62,604 nt of DNA, filler included, from Choristocarpus tenellus KU-1152 (GCA_964200185.2; 10 parts of 10 records of this genome joined end to end with filler, not necessarily neighbours in it); one strand, 5' to 3'; shown: positions 36,860-51,300, numbered from the whole stretch's first letter. Notes: generated from the letters alone by a model not told the origin. Program-made: numbers and translations.

Positions 36860-38109
36860 CTTCCTCCGTTCCGAAATAAATGTAACGTAGCTTTGGCAAG
36901 CTCCGTTCTCGCCTGGGAATGACCCACGTGATAAATCTTGTGAAGGCCGAGTTCTCATATAGATTGGGAGGCGTGCAGGTTTTTAGATACCTGTCATTGT
37001 TGTAGAGGAATATTGTTACAAAGTCGACCATCGCATTTGATGGGGTTCGAAAACCTTATGAAACTGTCTAACCTGCTGTGATGTAGGATGAAGTCCCCCC
37101 GTCTTTCGAGCAGCTCACTCATCCTTTCGTCACCCATTGGTTCTAATTCTTCAGCTCAGAAGTCTGTCTGGGGTAAGGATTAGGACTCTTAACAACCCGA
37201 TAAAGAACAGGGCGATTGCGCGATGTCTGGAGGCGAGAGGGCACGAGACTCGGATGACTCGAGGGACACTGGGGACTATCGCAGAGGACTTCGGAATTTC
37301 CCAAATCACCGTGTTCCATCATCTGTGAAGGAGTATTTCGGCTAGATCGCATGGGGTGAGTGCATGGACCTTGTATGGTGTTGCAAGGGGCGATGTGGCC
37401 ATTGTACAAGTGTCCTCGACATTGGGATGTCTCATCGATACACCACACATCCTTCCGCAAGTGGGCGACCAAAGCTGTGGTGTTTCCTGCACCTCGTTGT
37501 GGGATCTGTACAAGCACAAGAAGGTGAAGAAGGTCAAGAGGTGGATTAAGTCAGTCCTCTCAAACCAACAGAAAGTCAACAGGGTGGGTATCGTCATTAG
37601 CCACGCGCATAGAAGGGGGGGAAGTGGGGTATTAGTGGACGTTCTGTTTGACTGGGTGCATGCGGACGACAAGTGGTTTTATATCCTCAAAGATGGGCAA
37701 GGTCTGTACCTGCACCCCACTGACGACTGCCCCAACCCCCCACAGGCACAGAATAAGTGTTACATTACAAAGGTGATGTTCCTTGGACCGTGGTCCGCCC
37801 TAGGACCTGTTGCCCGCCCTAGCAAGTTCTCCAACGGGGTGTGGTTTGATGGAAAATGGGGATCTGGCCAATTGTGGACACTAAGCTCGCTCAGCACTCC
37901 ACCAACACTGCCCCAAGGGGACCATGGTGGTTGTGCCAGCCAAGGGGGACGGGGAGAGGTATAAGAAGCTCATGATTGAGGATGTCGTCGCAGTAACGAA
38001 GGTCTGCATGCCAAGGCCAGAAGGACACGCCATCTTCATGGATAAGGATGGGGTGAAGCCACACACCAAGGGGAGAACATGGAGGCAATCGAGGAGGCGG
38101 CAGGGGACA
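36860..38109 (+). mobile_element. Plant/oomycete-type mariner transposon, degenerate and 3' truncated
   Basis: TA followed by TIR CTTCCTCCGTTCCGAAATAAATGT. Frameshifted transposase has WVHADDKWFY, YITKVMFL..VARP and WFDGK. Confidence 0.88.
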
Positions 38110-38249
38110 NNNNNNNNNNNNNNNNNNNNNNNNNNNNNNNNNNNNNNNNNNNNTTAATTAATTAANNNNNNNNNNNNNNNNNNNNNNNNNNNNNNNNNNN
38201 NNNNNNNNNCAAATGGACAGCCGCCACCCCCTCCCAGATACTTTGAGCC

Positions 38250-38800
38250 AAAGGTAGACTGGACCAGCTGGAGCTTTGGATGTAGCCAAGGAGCACAGCA
38301 AGGGGTCAAAGGGATCTCCTTGTTGCGGCCCCGTACTTGAGGGTGATTTATTCATCCCTCCCCCATCTAGTGGGAAAAGGAGATCATGGGTATCCCCGTA
38401 CACCTCAGGCATAAATTATAGGAATCTTGGTAGGGTCTTGGGAAGGGCCTCAATGAAGGCTGAGAAGGGTACGTTGTTGAAGGCGTATTGCCATCTTAGG
38501 TGAATGTTCAGAAGGCACAGTCAACCCCATTTGGGGACCCCTACTCCAAACTGTTTTATACCCCCAAAATATTCCTTAGGGTAGGGGCGCCAGTCCATAC
38601 ATTAGGCTGATGCACACACCCTCCTGAAAAAAGAGCCGCAAGTGGCTGGGCAGCACTTCTCCCTGGTTGCTGACAGTTTGGAAGTGGTGTGGAGTGTCCA
38701 AATGTCAGGAGGGAAGGAGTCTGGGGAGGTGTAGACAAGCTCCCATAGCGTAGCAAATTCCTCTGCCACCTCCTCATGGCCAACATCTGTTGTAGTGGCC
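38250..38800 (-). mobile_element. Degenerate reverse transcriptase of a CRE-type non-LTR retrotransposon
   Basis: Remnant motifs KQFGVGVPNG, AFNN and STGPQQGDPFDPLL with many frameshifts. The element probably extends to about 39900. Confidence 0.75.
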
Positions 38801-40747
38801 AATTGGAAATGGCTGGAGCGCATCTCATCAAGGGCCGGGTGCAGAGTTGCTGTTCGCTTGTACGGAAGCTATCAGGAGGGAGGTGGGGGTAAACTTCCCC
38901 TCAGGGGTGCGGTACCGTTGTTCCCAAAACCCTGTATCCATTACTATTCTGTCCTTAGCTTTCATTATGGCTTATCTTGGCTCGGAACCAGTACCATGAA
39001 CATCTCATCCCTCCCTGGATCTCTGGGTTGTGTTAGGAGAACCCTTGGCCTATTGGACATACCTCCATACTTTTGGTCGAGTGCCACAGCCCGTTCCTGG
39101 CTGGTTATGGGGTCATCTCCTCATGGCTCCCATGGACTTTTGGTACTCTCGGATTGTTCTAGTTGTCAGGTGGTCAGCTCGTGAATGTTCTCTGAGGTTA
39201 GATGGGTGAATTGTTCCTCCCTAGAGAACTTTCCATGATTGGCCAGTAAATGTTCAGAGACCAGTTGTGAAGCTTGGAAGCTCTAGCAGGCCCTAGTGAG
39301 TTGGTCATCCCTACTAGGCTTATGCCGTCAGATTCATACATCAGCAGGTCCACTATGTGCATGAGGGCGATTGCATGGGTGTTACAAGCCTGCCAGGAAT
39401 CTTGACCGTGGTGGTTGTTGATCTGCTCCAGGATCTCCATCTTCTGGACCTGGTCAGTGGCAGAAGCAGCACTAGGGGTATGAACTTCCCATGGTAGGTG
39501 TGAAGTGTGGGTAGTAGGTGGTGAAGGGGGTGGCGGTGGAAGGGGAGGGCTGGGTTGGGAAGGGGGAAGTGGAGGGAAGGACGTAACAAGTTGATCCAGC
39601 CTATACTGTCCTAGTGGGGGTGCAATAGTAACCTAGAGTTAGACATCAACTTAAAGGGAAGGCAAGCTTTGGCAATGTAGATGTCTTCTGGATCAAAGGC
39701 ACGGTATGGTGGTTGGTATGGGAGGTGGTGATTGGGGGGCGTTCTCTGGGATGAATGCGAAGTGAAGGGGACGATTGTGGAGGACTATAAGTGTAGGTGA
39801 AGGCGTTTTGGGAGGATTGGTGTGAGAGTGGATTGGAGGAAACTGATTGCTTTGTTTGGCAATGGGATACCAGTGGTGGGAATTGACCTCACTGCTTGGT
39901 CATAGATAGGGGATACTAGTGGCAGAAGTTGGTGGCTAGAAATAGATTCTTGGGATGCTTTCCTAGCTCCTCACCCTGGTTGGGGTGCAGGACTAAGCTA
40001 GGTTGGAGGCACAGGAAGGCAGTGGTACAGAATAGGTCATAGTATAATAATAAATAAATGAATGTCTTTTAGTTTTTTTGATAATTGTTACTTTTTAAGG
40101 GATTTTTTCTGACATTTCAATAATTTTCATTGGTTTTTCCCTTAACGCGTCTACAAAATGTCAGATGGAATAAAAATAAATTGAAGGACGTCGTTGGAAA
40201 TAAGGGGATTAGCAATATCGTCCACCGTCCACCCATCCACGATCTCCCTCTTGCACATCAGTTACAAGGAGGACAAGAACTTCGCACCTTAACAATTCCT
40301 GGTCATCCTCTCCTCAAGCTTAGAATCCCTTGCTGGCTTCAGCCCCGAGGGGGTTTTCCTATGAATGGGAATGACTCTACCGCTTTCCCGGCGCTCCTCA
40401 CATCTCGTGAGCGCCGGGCGTCGTCCCAAGTTCCATTTGTTAATTTTCAAGGTTGGGAAATTGGTTGTCAACCTACTGAAGTGGAAATATCCCAACGCCA
40501 AGAGTTGTAGGATTGGTCTGAAGAAGAACAGTTCAATTATTTTTCTTATTTCGATGTAGTGTTGCGGACCTGCTACTCTGAGACGCGCCAGACTCATACA
40601 TCTTCCTGCCGATCGGGCATTCCACACTCAGTTCATCTCATTTGGTGCTCCTCTCGAGAACGACAAATTATTGCGCGGGAATTTTTTCACAGACTACTTC
40701 CTACCTTGTTGTCGATTTTCTCTTCAAATGACCTTGACCCTAAACAG

Positions 40748-42492
40748 ATGCTTTCCTCCCCTTTCCCCCTGGCCCACCTTATCGGTATCGATCTGACCCC
40801 TCGCCCTTGGCAGACCCTGTTGGTCGGAGTTGCCGTTATCGGGATATTTGCGATACTGTCGTGCTTCAACGATAGCAGTAGTGGTATTCCAGCTGGTGAG
40901 TGGAAGGATATAGTGGGGAAGCACCACGAAGACCGAACTTTCGAGATGTGAGCCCAAGATGGGCATGGTGGAAAGGGTCAGGTCTGCCAAGAGGGACGGA
41001 GGTTGTACCCCTTTCGAGTACGAAGTTTCCATTCTTTGGTGAACCTACCAAAAAGGTCCCTCATATACTATGAGGATATACCCATCCCACGCGATTGGAG
41101 TCCACTGTCATAGCCACCTTAGATGGTCAATGTCAATCGTTTTCTCAGCGTGGTAAACGCTCACACGACATTGACGGCGACTGTTTGCAGTAAAACCCGA
41201 CATCGAAGTACACACATGCGCGCACGCAGACATACACTTACACAGAGCTCAGCTCAGCGTTGTAGAGCTCTTGAATTGCCATACAATACGCCATTTTTCC
41301 CATTCATCGAACCATCCTGTTGCGCAACATGTTTTTTTCCCTCTATTGTGTCATTGTGCAGCCAAGGAATCATCAACTGGGCCGAGTGAATTCCAAAAGA
41401 GCAGCTCTACCAGTGACCCCCCGGTAATATACAAACCCTTGGAGTCGCCACTGGGAGGAGCAGGGGAAGGGCGCAAGGATGATCAGAAGTGGAGAGGGGT
41501 ACCATTATTGGGTGAAGGAGGGATAGGAGACTGGGGACAACAGATGCCAAATATATCTCCACGCTCAGAAGAAGTAAGGTGGGGCTCAGGATCAGGGAAG
41601 GATGGTAGAGAAGTGGAAGATTGGGTTTTGCAGCGACAGCGACTTAACCAGCTGGTGGAGGCGTCTGTGAACAGGACGGAGTTCCAGCGGTCAAATGTTG
41701 CTTTTGTGAAGACACATAAGACTGCGTCAACAACTCTGACGGCAGTGCTGTATCGCTACGGGATGCGTCACGGGAAGAGGGTGGCTAGGTTCGATGTGGA
41801 TGGGACGGCCGCTACGCTGGAGTTCAGTGCATTGCAGGTGCTGTGTGTGCCTTGGTAATGTGTATGTACTTGTATACATATGTTGAGGTGCATATAGATA
41901 TAGAGCAATGAGTGGAAGCCTTTCCCCAGGTTGCTAGTGTATGAATCTGTACAAAAGAGGTGTTAACATCGACCTTTACCCTAACTCACTCATTGGTGGT
42001 GGGCTTGTACAACTTGGTGCTTTTAGAGATTGACGTGGGGGTCGAAGTGAGAAAATTCTTGGAGGCATCCTCCCCTTCCGCTGGCCATCGGGGATCGCGA
42101 TCCCATTTGTTTGAGGCTAAGTAATAACTGTAGTGAAGAGGTTAATATTATTATTAGTGAGGTTAATATTCTTGCTCCTGTTCTTTGATGCCGTTGGCTT
42201 TGTGTGTTCTTTGATACACTTTCTTCTTGTGTGGTCCTTGCCCTGCTGAGTAGCAGAAGCATGCATAGATTGAAGCCGTTGCTGATGTTCACTTTTGTTT
42301 TTGTGTGTAGTCTGTTGTCTCCCGGCTAATTTAATTTTACCGATGATCCCTGGCAGCACTAGAAGCGCAGCCGGTGCCGCCGCTACGTTTTGCTGACACA
42401 GGTTGCAGCTCGAGAGGGTTTTGACCTGAAAGGCATCGAAATAATTCTCTAGAATGTCGTTAGAAAGTCTCCTACAGTGACAAACAGGTAAG

Positions 42493-42524
<32 letters not shown>

Positions 42525-42874
42525 GCACATACTCACAATCGCGTGGTAACTAGTTAAATGTAATAGCTCAAAATTAACTCACACACATACTGAGGAAGAA
42601 CTCATCGTGCGGATAGTGACACAAAGCACAATTTTCCGTGGCCACAACCATGCCCTTGTTTGGATCGAAGACGGAGAGAACTGATCGCTCCAGTGATCTG
42701 TACCACTACCACCATGTGTGGGATGGGTTCTACCGTGACACCTGGGCCCATGCTGAGAGCCAATTCGAAAGGATCATGAGAGATCCTGCCCACATAAACT
42801 ATGTAAGCATCGTGAGGGAGCCTGTATCGCACTACCTGTCATACTACTACTTTTTCCTGCAACCGGAGAACAAG
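40748..42874 (+). CDS. Galactose-3-O-sulfotransferase-family type II membrane sulfotransferase, 5' part
   Basis: Exons 40748-40895 (TM helix LLVGVAVIGIFAILSCF), 41362-41837 (5'-PSB FVKTHKTASTT) and 42671-42874 (3'-PB IVREPVSHYLSYYYF) join in frame. Confidence 0.88.
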
Positions 42875-44309
42875 GTGAGGTTGCCGTTTTGCGTTGTAGA
42901 GAGCTAGGAGGCGAGGGAGGGGTTGTGGTGTAGCTCTGTAGCTAGCTACTGGGCAACGATGATGGGAGTTTGTGTGTGTTTGAGAGTGTGTGTGTGTGTG
43001 TGCGTGTGTGTGTACAACTAATGTGTGTGTGTGTACAACTAATGTGTGTGGGATTGATTGCAAAGATGAACGGCGTCAACTTGCGAACGCCCTTGACCGC
43101 CTATCGGGAGCGTTAGGTTTTCCAGTCCGTATTTGGCTGCTCCCATTGGACAGTTAACTGATAACCTTGATGTGCACTGACGCCGATGCTGCTGATTGGA
43201 CGGATGATGTGCCGTAGTTTGGGAAGCAATGTATTTCTTAGGGTCGTATCATCGCGAGATCGCGTTTTTCTCGTAATTATTATGCGTGTGTTATGTGTGT
43301 GTTACAAATAATATGGGCTCATGACTGGCTCCAGATGTTTCGTGTCCATGTGGCAGGACTAGGCACTGATGTGTCTCCACGTATGTGTGAAGGCTTTAGT
43401 AGCGGGTAAGGCCTGTTGGAGTGCCTTTGTCAGCCCGTCAGTGTTTGTGGACGATAAAGGTAGAGTAGGTAGTTCATCGTACCTGATGAGATGGGACTGG
43501 GTGAGGTTAAAAGATTGTATTGTGAGTTGGTAGTTCTGGGGGATACTAGAATAGAACATGCGTTTGATGGATTTGGTTGTTTCTTGATGGGGTGGGGTGT
43601 GGGATGTGGTTGGACGTTCTTGAAATGTGGGACGTGATGAGATTTTTGGACATTTATTTTAAGAAAAAAAAGTGTTTTGTAACACAATTTGTTGGGTACA
43701 CACTGGAGGGTAGTTGTCTTTGACCAGGTACCAGACAAACAAAAGAAAAAAATACAGGGGAGAGCAGTAGTAATTGTCTTTGAGTCTGGTTCGGGGGGGC
43801 AAGGGGAGGCTCTTGATGCCAAGTGAGAGGGACTGTCTTGGGGTTATGAGTGCATTGTGACTGACTGACTGCCTTTACTGCAACAAAATTGTTGTGTAGC
43901 TTCCTGGTGGGAGGAAGAACCAACACCCCGAATGAACTTGGTAACAAAGATTCCCTCCATCAAACCTCTCTACCAAACGCCTCCCCAATCTCTAGTTCGC
44001 CTCACTTTTGCTGTATGCCAGTGTAGTTTGTGATCACATGTATTTAAAATCTTGCCCTCCCTCTCAGTGGTCCTTTCTATGAGTAGTATGCTGTGATGAG
44101 TACATTGTGATTCAAAGTATCTGGGGGGGGGGGGGGGATGGGGGCTGGGTCCGTTTGGGGGTAGTTTGTTCATGTTACAATGTTTGGGGGATTAGATTGT
44201 ATTTATCGGNNNNNNNNNNNNNNNNNNNNNNNNNNNNNNNNNNNNNNNNNNNNTTAATTAATTAANNNNNNNNNNNNNNNNNNNNNNNNNNNNNNNNNNN
44301 NNNNNNNNN

Positions 44310-44343
<34 letters not shown>

Positions 44344-44495
44344 GGTGGCTGTCCATTTGGGGCCAATTTTTTCATGTCACAATTTCTGGGTGGTTTGATT
44401 CCATACTTCAGATGGATAATGATAGTGCAATTTCCTGGTTATGGCCCAAATGGACACCCTGTTGTAGACCCCGTACCCCCCCAGATAATTTACTC
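44310..44495 (+). mobile_element. MITE family B copy, left end lost in the gap
   Basis: Colinear with 44707-44882. Confidence 0.8.
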
Positions 44496-44706
44496 CAGGT
44501 TTATTGTCATCAGTACAATAAATGTGTAACTGCTGCACAGCAAAGTTGGTATTGCTATAAAATGGCAGCCTCGCGATTTTGAGGACAAAAGGAAGATTTC
44601 TGCTGACCAGATATTGGGGGATCAATAGATCAGTAGAACATTATGCGTTATACCACCAATATACAGATATGTCACTGACAGTATATATTCAATTCATCAT
44701 ACCATG

Positions 44707-44882
44707 GGTTCAAGAGTATATGGGGGGGAGTGGCAGCTGTCCATTGGGGTCAATTTTTTCATGTCGCGATTTTTGGGTGATTTGATTCCATACGTTGAAT
44801 GGATAATGAAAGTGCACTTTTTCTGGTTTTGACCAAAATGGACACCCTGGTGTAAACCCCCCCCCCCCAGATACTTTGGGTC
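44707..44882 (+). mobile_element. MITE family B (~176 bp)
   Basis: PolyG/polyC TIRs, subterminal GTCCATT../..AATGGAC motifs, ATG duplication. Confidence 0.85.
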
Positions 44883-45310
44883 ATGATTGGTTTCTTAAAC
44901 ATTCATACTGATCCACAAATTCCACAAAAAAAATATTTTCTTCCCTGCTATTGAATGCGTCGGATATCACAGAACCGCATACTCATCGCAAGGTGTCACT
45001 ACCCACAGCTAATTGCACATTTCACTGATTATTATGGCTTCAGATCTACCTGCTGAGACCTGTAGAGACTTTTAAGTTTCTGCCTTGTAACCTGAAGATT
45101 CGATTAAATTAATCGATTTTTCTTCAAGCCAGTTTGTAGAAATGTACTGGTAACCAAAAAAAAAAAGCAGCCCATTGAGATACAACTACTTTCCTTCCCC
45201 TCGAAAAAATATTTCTAATAAAAAGTGCGCTTGTGCAATATGAATTGGATCTTGAAATCAACACCACTTTATCTGATGATGAATACTACTGTGCCAGTAA
45301 CAAATGAAAT

Positions 45311-48300
45311 CAACATGAATGCTGCTTAATCCACCTGCGAAGATCCTCTGACTCCTCCACAGCGCCAGGACTGTCTCCCTCCAAGAAAATGATCCACTCA
45401 CTTGCAGGTAGTCTGAAGGGAAGCAGAGCGGAGCCAAGACCACTGAGGTCGGTCACTGTTATATAGTATTTATGGCATAGTATGCTTAGAATTGGTTTCC
45501 GGGGTCAGGATCAATAACATAACAATGTTTGTAAGGTTTGTGCGCAGGGTCTTTCTACTTCACATCACCTACTCCAACACATTTTGCCTGTCGTGAGGCA
45601 TCACATCAATGGCTTACTATCAATCGTACCTCTAACCCTGAACTCTAGCCCTGCCCCTCTGATCAAAATCATGTGTGTACTTCTTCAAAAGCAATCCAAT
45701 CCAGGTTCCAAACTTAAGTTTCCAAAGACACATGTGCTCACCAATTTGCTTACTCACTCACTAAACAAGAATCCCAAAGCAAAAGGATGGAACCAAATCA
45801 TGCAGAAACTCAAGAAATATCTGGCACCCTCCCAAACCCCTAAATCTTCAATCCCTCCCCCCAACCGCTTCCCAACACCTCCCACCACAAAATACTATGA
45901 ACAATATTTGCTAGTACCACAAATCTATGTACATTTCTTTGCACACAGTTTGTGATAGCCCCATCACTCACATCACCTCCCACTCTTCACACCAACACCC
46001 TATTAGCTGTTCTGCATACCTAATCCCAGCTTCCAGTGCAACTTTCCGGATGAAAGCATTGTGCGTGAGCACCACCTCCTCCAAGGAGCTGACATCATCT
46101 CGCAGCTCACAAACAGCCCCGGCAGGCTCGTCATCCAACTCCTCCTCACCTCCTCCCTCCCCTCCCCCAGCATCTATGGTCAGGCGGTGCACAGGAACAG
46201 AAGGATCCTCCTGGCGGAAACGTTCACAATAGTTGCAAAATTCAGGTAGTATTGGTATGATTTTAGAGCAAAGCCTATGTGGAGTTGTTGGGATATTGTA
46301 GGGTGCTGGAGCCAAAGTATCTTAGAGGGTAGGGCCGCGTCCATTTGGGGGTCAAAATCCAATGTTGCAATTTTATTGTAATTTTGGCTATCATGTTTGT
46401 TAGGAGATGCCAATATCCTTGTTCCAGACACTCCTTTTCAAAACTTCCACATTTTACCTACTTGGAAAGATTTTTGGGTAGTTAAAATGTCATCATAAAA
46501 AGGCGTGGGAAGCCAAGCCCCAAATGGACAAACAGGGAAAAAATCGTACCCTCTCAGATACTTTGGCTCGCTGTTAAAAAGGCTGTAGTTCCAAGCACTT
46601 CCACAGCAGTAGGTATTATCTCAAACACTACCCAACATCACAGCCCCTAAGAAACGTGCAGTCCACAAAAACAGAGAAGGCACACAGATATTGTAGGAAT
46701 ATGGGGATAGCGGCAGGTTACTACCCTAAATTCATCAAAACCAAGTTCACCATAAGACTCCTGCTGGTAGGATCTCCTCACATCCAAAATAAGTAACCGG
46801 AATCTCAAATCCACTCACTGATGAATTCAGACGTTCCAAGAACGGCGGTTCACAACTGTCATCATCATCTTGACCATTATCCTCCTCGTTCAGTATCTCC
46901 TCCAGTCGAACCTCCTCGATCCCTTCTGCACCACAACCTTTGCAGGTGCCAGCCTTCCCCTCACGTTGGTTCTGTTTTCCAAAAGGTTTGCAGAATGGGG
47001 TTAAAAACCAAGCTAAAATTGAAGCAAATTATAGAAAGGGCAATGAAGATTGAGGGAGAGAAAGGCATAACACAAAGAGAGGGAGTCTTTGAAATCAAAA
47101 CCAGTCTGAACCTGAGGAAGGATATTTTCGGGAGTAAAGCGAGACAGACTGCAGGAGCGGAGTGAAGAAGTGGTAAATGTTTGTGAATGAGACCCATGGG
47201 TGTAGGACATTGGGGGAAGCAGTGGGAGGTTGGGGGAGGAGTGCAGAAGCTCGACCTCAAGTCTGTCCTGCACATTCCAGTTCGGGGAAGTAAGATAAAA
47301 CATGTTGTCTTGTTGTCACTAGGGTTAGAGTAAGGTGCAAAGGATGCCATTTCTACAGCAATTCATCGAAACCATGCTTAACTCGTCATCCCAGAAACAT
47401 AACTAGGGGCACTACCTCTACAAGCTGGCCTACTCAAGCAACCAAAGATGTCAAGCAAGAACTCCAAGAACTATTGAGAAAAAAACATGCTGGAAATTTC
47501 GGATTGCTCCATATGGACAGGGGTAGAATACCGTGGGGAGGTCTATCTAAATAGCGCATTCTGTACCTTATGTCCTGGCAAAAACATTAGCAGTTGAGCA
47601 AATATGATACCACAAATGCATTGAATTCAGAGCCAGGTGAATAAAATCTAAGCTACAATAAATGTTCAAACCTCTGAGCCAAAGTATCTTAGAGGGTATG
47701 GCCGCGTCCATTTGGGACCAAAATCCAATATTGCGTAATAGTGGCTATCGTGTCATTATCCTTGCTCCGTACACACCTTTTCATAACGTATACATTTTAC
47801 CTACTCCGAAACATTGTGTGGAGTAAGAAAATGTCATAGAAAAACCCATGGGAAGCCAAGTCTCTAATGGACAAACAGGGCAAAACTCGTACCCTCTAAG
47901 ATACTTTCACTCCTCTTGGGTCATAGTATCCTAAAGGGGGATCGACTAAGTCCTGTTGAGTATAAGGCGCATACAAACCTTTCTGCCTAACACCTCCATT
48001 TCCCATGCCAACATCCAGCTGACCCCCATCAGGAAGCTGTGGCCATAGAAGAGTTAAAAATAAGTCGTTCACACAAGCACAAAATAACCCCCAGAGTACT
48101 AAGAGCAAAAAAAAGGCAGTAGTGGAGGCTTCATATACTCAACAGCATCCCCACCAAAGATAAAATGGTTCTCTTGCCTTTGTGACATCATTTTTCATCT
48201 ACCAACCTTGCTATGCAATGCTCCATACTACTATGCATGTCAACACAGCGTTTCACACATCAGACACATAATTCTTGCATTACATGACTAAATGTTTTAG

Positions 48301-51300
48301 AGTAATGCATGGCAACCCATTGTCCATGCAACAACCACTACAGTCCATATTTTCTCCTAGCACTTGCCGAATAATGGATGGTAAACAGAAAATAGCTGTG
48401 AGCACTGTCCTGGGCAACCGATCTTATAGAGCAAACAAATGAGATCGACCTTTCACTGGATAATGGAGGTTATGACCATGTACAAAGGATTATATTTTTC
48501 CTCTTTGCATTATATCTTCTTTCTTTCCACGGAATTTCTCCTGGATATTACATTTCTTGCTAGAAGAGATAACCAATTGATGAAAGAATAACAAGGAAGT
48601 GAACCACTTAACAGAAAAAAACGAGCAAACAAAACCAAACTTGGTCATGAACAACAGGTGTCATATAGAAAAGGGTGCTGAACATTGGACAACCTTTTTG
48701 CTAGACAAGGAGCATTATAAAAAAATGAACTTGGGCATTTACGGACAATGGAAGTCAGAGGGTAACTTGCCTCCAAACTTTGTCCTGGTAATGGATGGTG
48801 TTACAGAAACAGCCTGAACATTTCCATGGGAAAAAATCGTTCTAGGCAATAAAGGCCAAATATTCTAGGGTAACGCTAGTGTTGAGTGCTACATTCTCTA
48901 AATTGTAGAATATTTGACTCAAAACAGTCAAATAATAAATCACCTCACATCAAACTCCAAGGAATGCTGTCAAAGCATACTCAGATATGAATAGCAATGA
49001 CAGTGATGAAATTGTCTCTAGAAGGCAATTCTGCAGCAGTGCAAAAGTTAGTGTTCGGAGCATGTCCCCTAGCCTCTAACTTAGCGTGACACTACAGTAG
49101 CAATAGCCCCAACCCCATCTCCATGACCAAAATAAAAATAAACAGTAGTACATTTTTTATCAGCACCTGAATGATTAACCCTTGGAGCAGATCCTCACTT
49201 GATACACTTGCCCGAAGATCTCTACTCTCACGGCTTGCATAGCTCACACGCCTGTTCTCATCTCTGAAGAGGACATGAAAAAGAAAAAAGTATGAAACAT
49301 ACCCTTTTAAATGTAAACCATGCATATTCAGCAAAATGTAATGTTTTGCATGTATTCTATGTACAAAGTGATACCCTACAATCTGTACGAAGGTTTATGG
49401 AAGAAAAATGCCACTTTCAAGTTTCACTCCCAAAATGGTGTATTCTACACCACTCAGAAAAAGTAGAAATTATAGATTGAAACCGATTGATGCTCCATAG
49501 AGTTGGCAAAACCGAGAACACCTGGGATTTTACCCTGGGCTTTGTGATGTGGTGTGCCCAGCACCCACTCTAAGAATATTGCAGAATGGCCCTAGCAAGG
49601 AAAGTACCAGTACATCCCAGTTTAGTTGATTCAGAGCAATCATGCCCAAGCGAAGACTGAAAGTTTTGTGGGGACTGAAATCTCTTGAAAAACTACAAAT
49701 TTGTACAGTTGAAGTTTGCTGTGTACAGCAATGCGGTCGGCGGATAGGATATATTGCACTCATCTCAGTTACAATAATCCTCTAACATGGGATAAACTTT
49801 GTACTTTAAAATGGTACAAGACACGTTTTGCAACAAAGACTACACATCCTTCAAATGCAGTGAAAAAAGGAAATATATCAAAACACAACTGTAGTCCCCA
49901 CAACAAATGTCTGAAATAATCACAACCATGGCTTTGTCCCATCATAACCAAGAAGGACTACCTCCTTTACAATTCCAAATGCCCATCCAAAAATTCCCTT
50001 CCCCTCATCACCAACCCTCAAAATCTTACCCCATGCCTGATGAGAAACAACATGACCCCTGCCGGCATCCTCGTAACTCCGCTGAGCACTCCATAGTTAC
50101 ACCTGTACCTCCTTCATCCTCCACAAACCTCCCCCTCCCCCCATCCTCAACCACTATTGAAGAATCCAACATTCTCTGCATGATACCCGTCCTTGAGAAA
50201 AATCCTGCTTCCTCAGGAGTGAGGCTCAGCTCACAGTTAACCAACTCCGTTGTGTCTCCATCAATCTCCAAATTCCTTCTCAAAGACTTTGGTGAAGGGG
50301 TGAACTGTGGCGGAGGCTGACGGACGGGACAGGAGCAGATATGGTTCAGGGGAAAGGGGACAATAGGAAGAAGAGGTATATAGATATGGTGAAAGCTCCT
50401 AGCCTTCAGCCAAAACTGGCATCTGTGATAAGGGAAGGCCAATGAGCTGGCAAGAAGAAGAGATCCAAAGTATCTGGGGGGAGGGGGAGGTCTACACCAG
50501 GGTGTCCATTTAGGAAGTTGGGAAAAGAGCTCTTACATTATCCATCCGACGTATGCAACTAAATCATCCAAAAATTGCGAAATGAAAAAATTGAACCCAA
50601 ATGGACAGCCGCCACCCCCCCCCCCCCCCAAAAACATTAGAGCAGACTGAAGGAAAGGGGCCCTTCTAGATGGAGGAAGTATTTGTTTTTCCTCAGACAG
50701 AATTTTGAAATGGGTCCCAATCTCATGCCTAGATAAGAGTAAAAGGGCCTCACTACTGTGGCAAAGTGGAAGAGGAGTATGAAAAAAAGAGAGAAGCTTG
50801 CAAATACTCAGTACACGAACAACCAGAAATACAATGCTGACATGATGTATCCCAAACACTTGATGTGTGGTTATCTGCCCTCTTCAACAATCCCACCCCC
50901 TATAAGAGTCTAGTGAGGTCCAAGGTGTTCCATGCCGTCAATTGGTCTGAGGCTGACAACACACACTACCAAAAAACACTCACAACCCCAACAACGAAAA
51001 ACCTACAAAGCTCAAAATGATACATGTCCCAGAACACCAAACAAGGCAAGTCAGCACAGGTATTAAAATAACATACAACATGTATCAACTCTTGGCATTG
51101 ATATAGTCCAGATACCCTCACTCCCAACTTTGTCGAAACATTCGAAAGGGTCTGACAATGTACTGCGTAATTTCCCAGAGTAATTTCCAATGACAATTTC
51201 AAGAGGCGGATTCAAAACTCTGAAAAGACTAGCATATCCCCTCTTGGAGGGAATACTCTGATTACGTTTTGTCTCCACACTACCCAACAAAGTTTATCAA

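Noticed and set aside
40089-40700. Small minus-strand gene divergent from the sulfotransferase
   Set aside because: A plausible terminal exon exists, but I could not build a consistent frame or recognise a domain.
42290-42523. SINE/LINE 3' end with an (ATT)n tail
   Set aside because: Single copy in the window, with no Pol III head or TSD identified.
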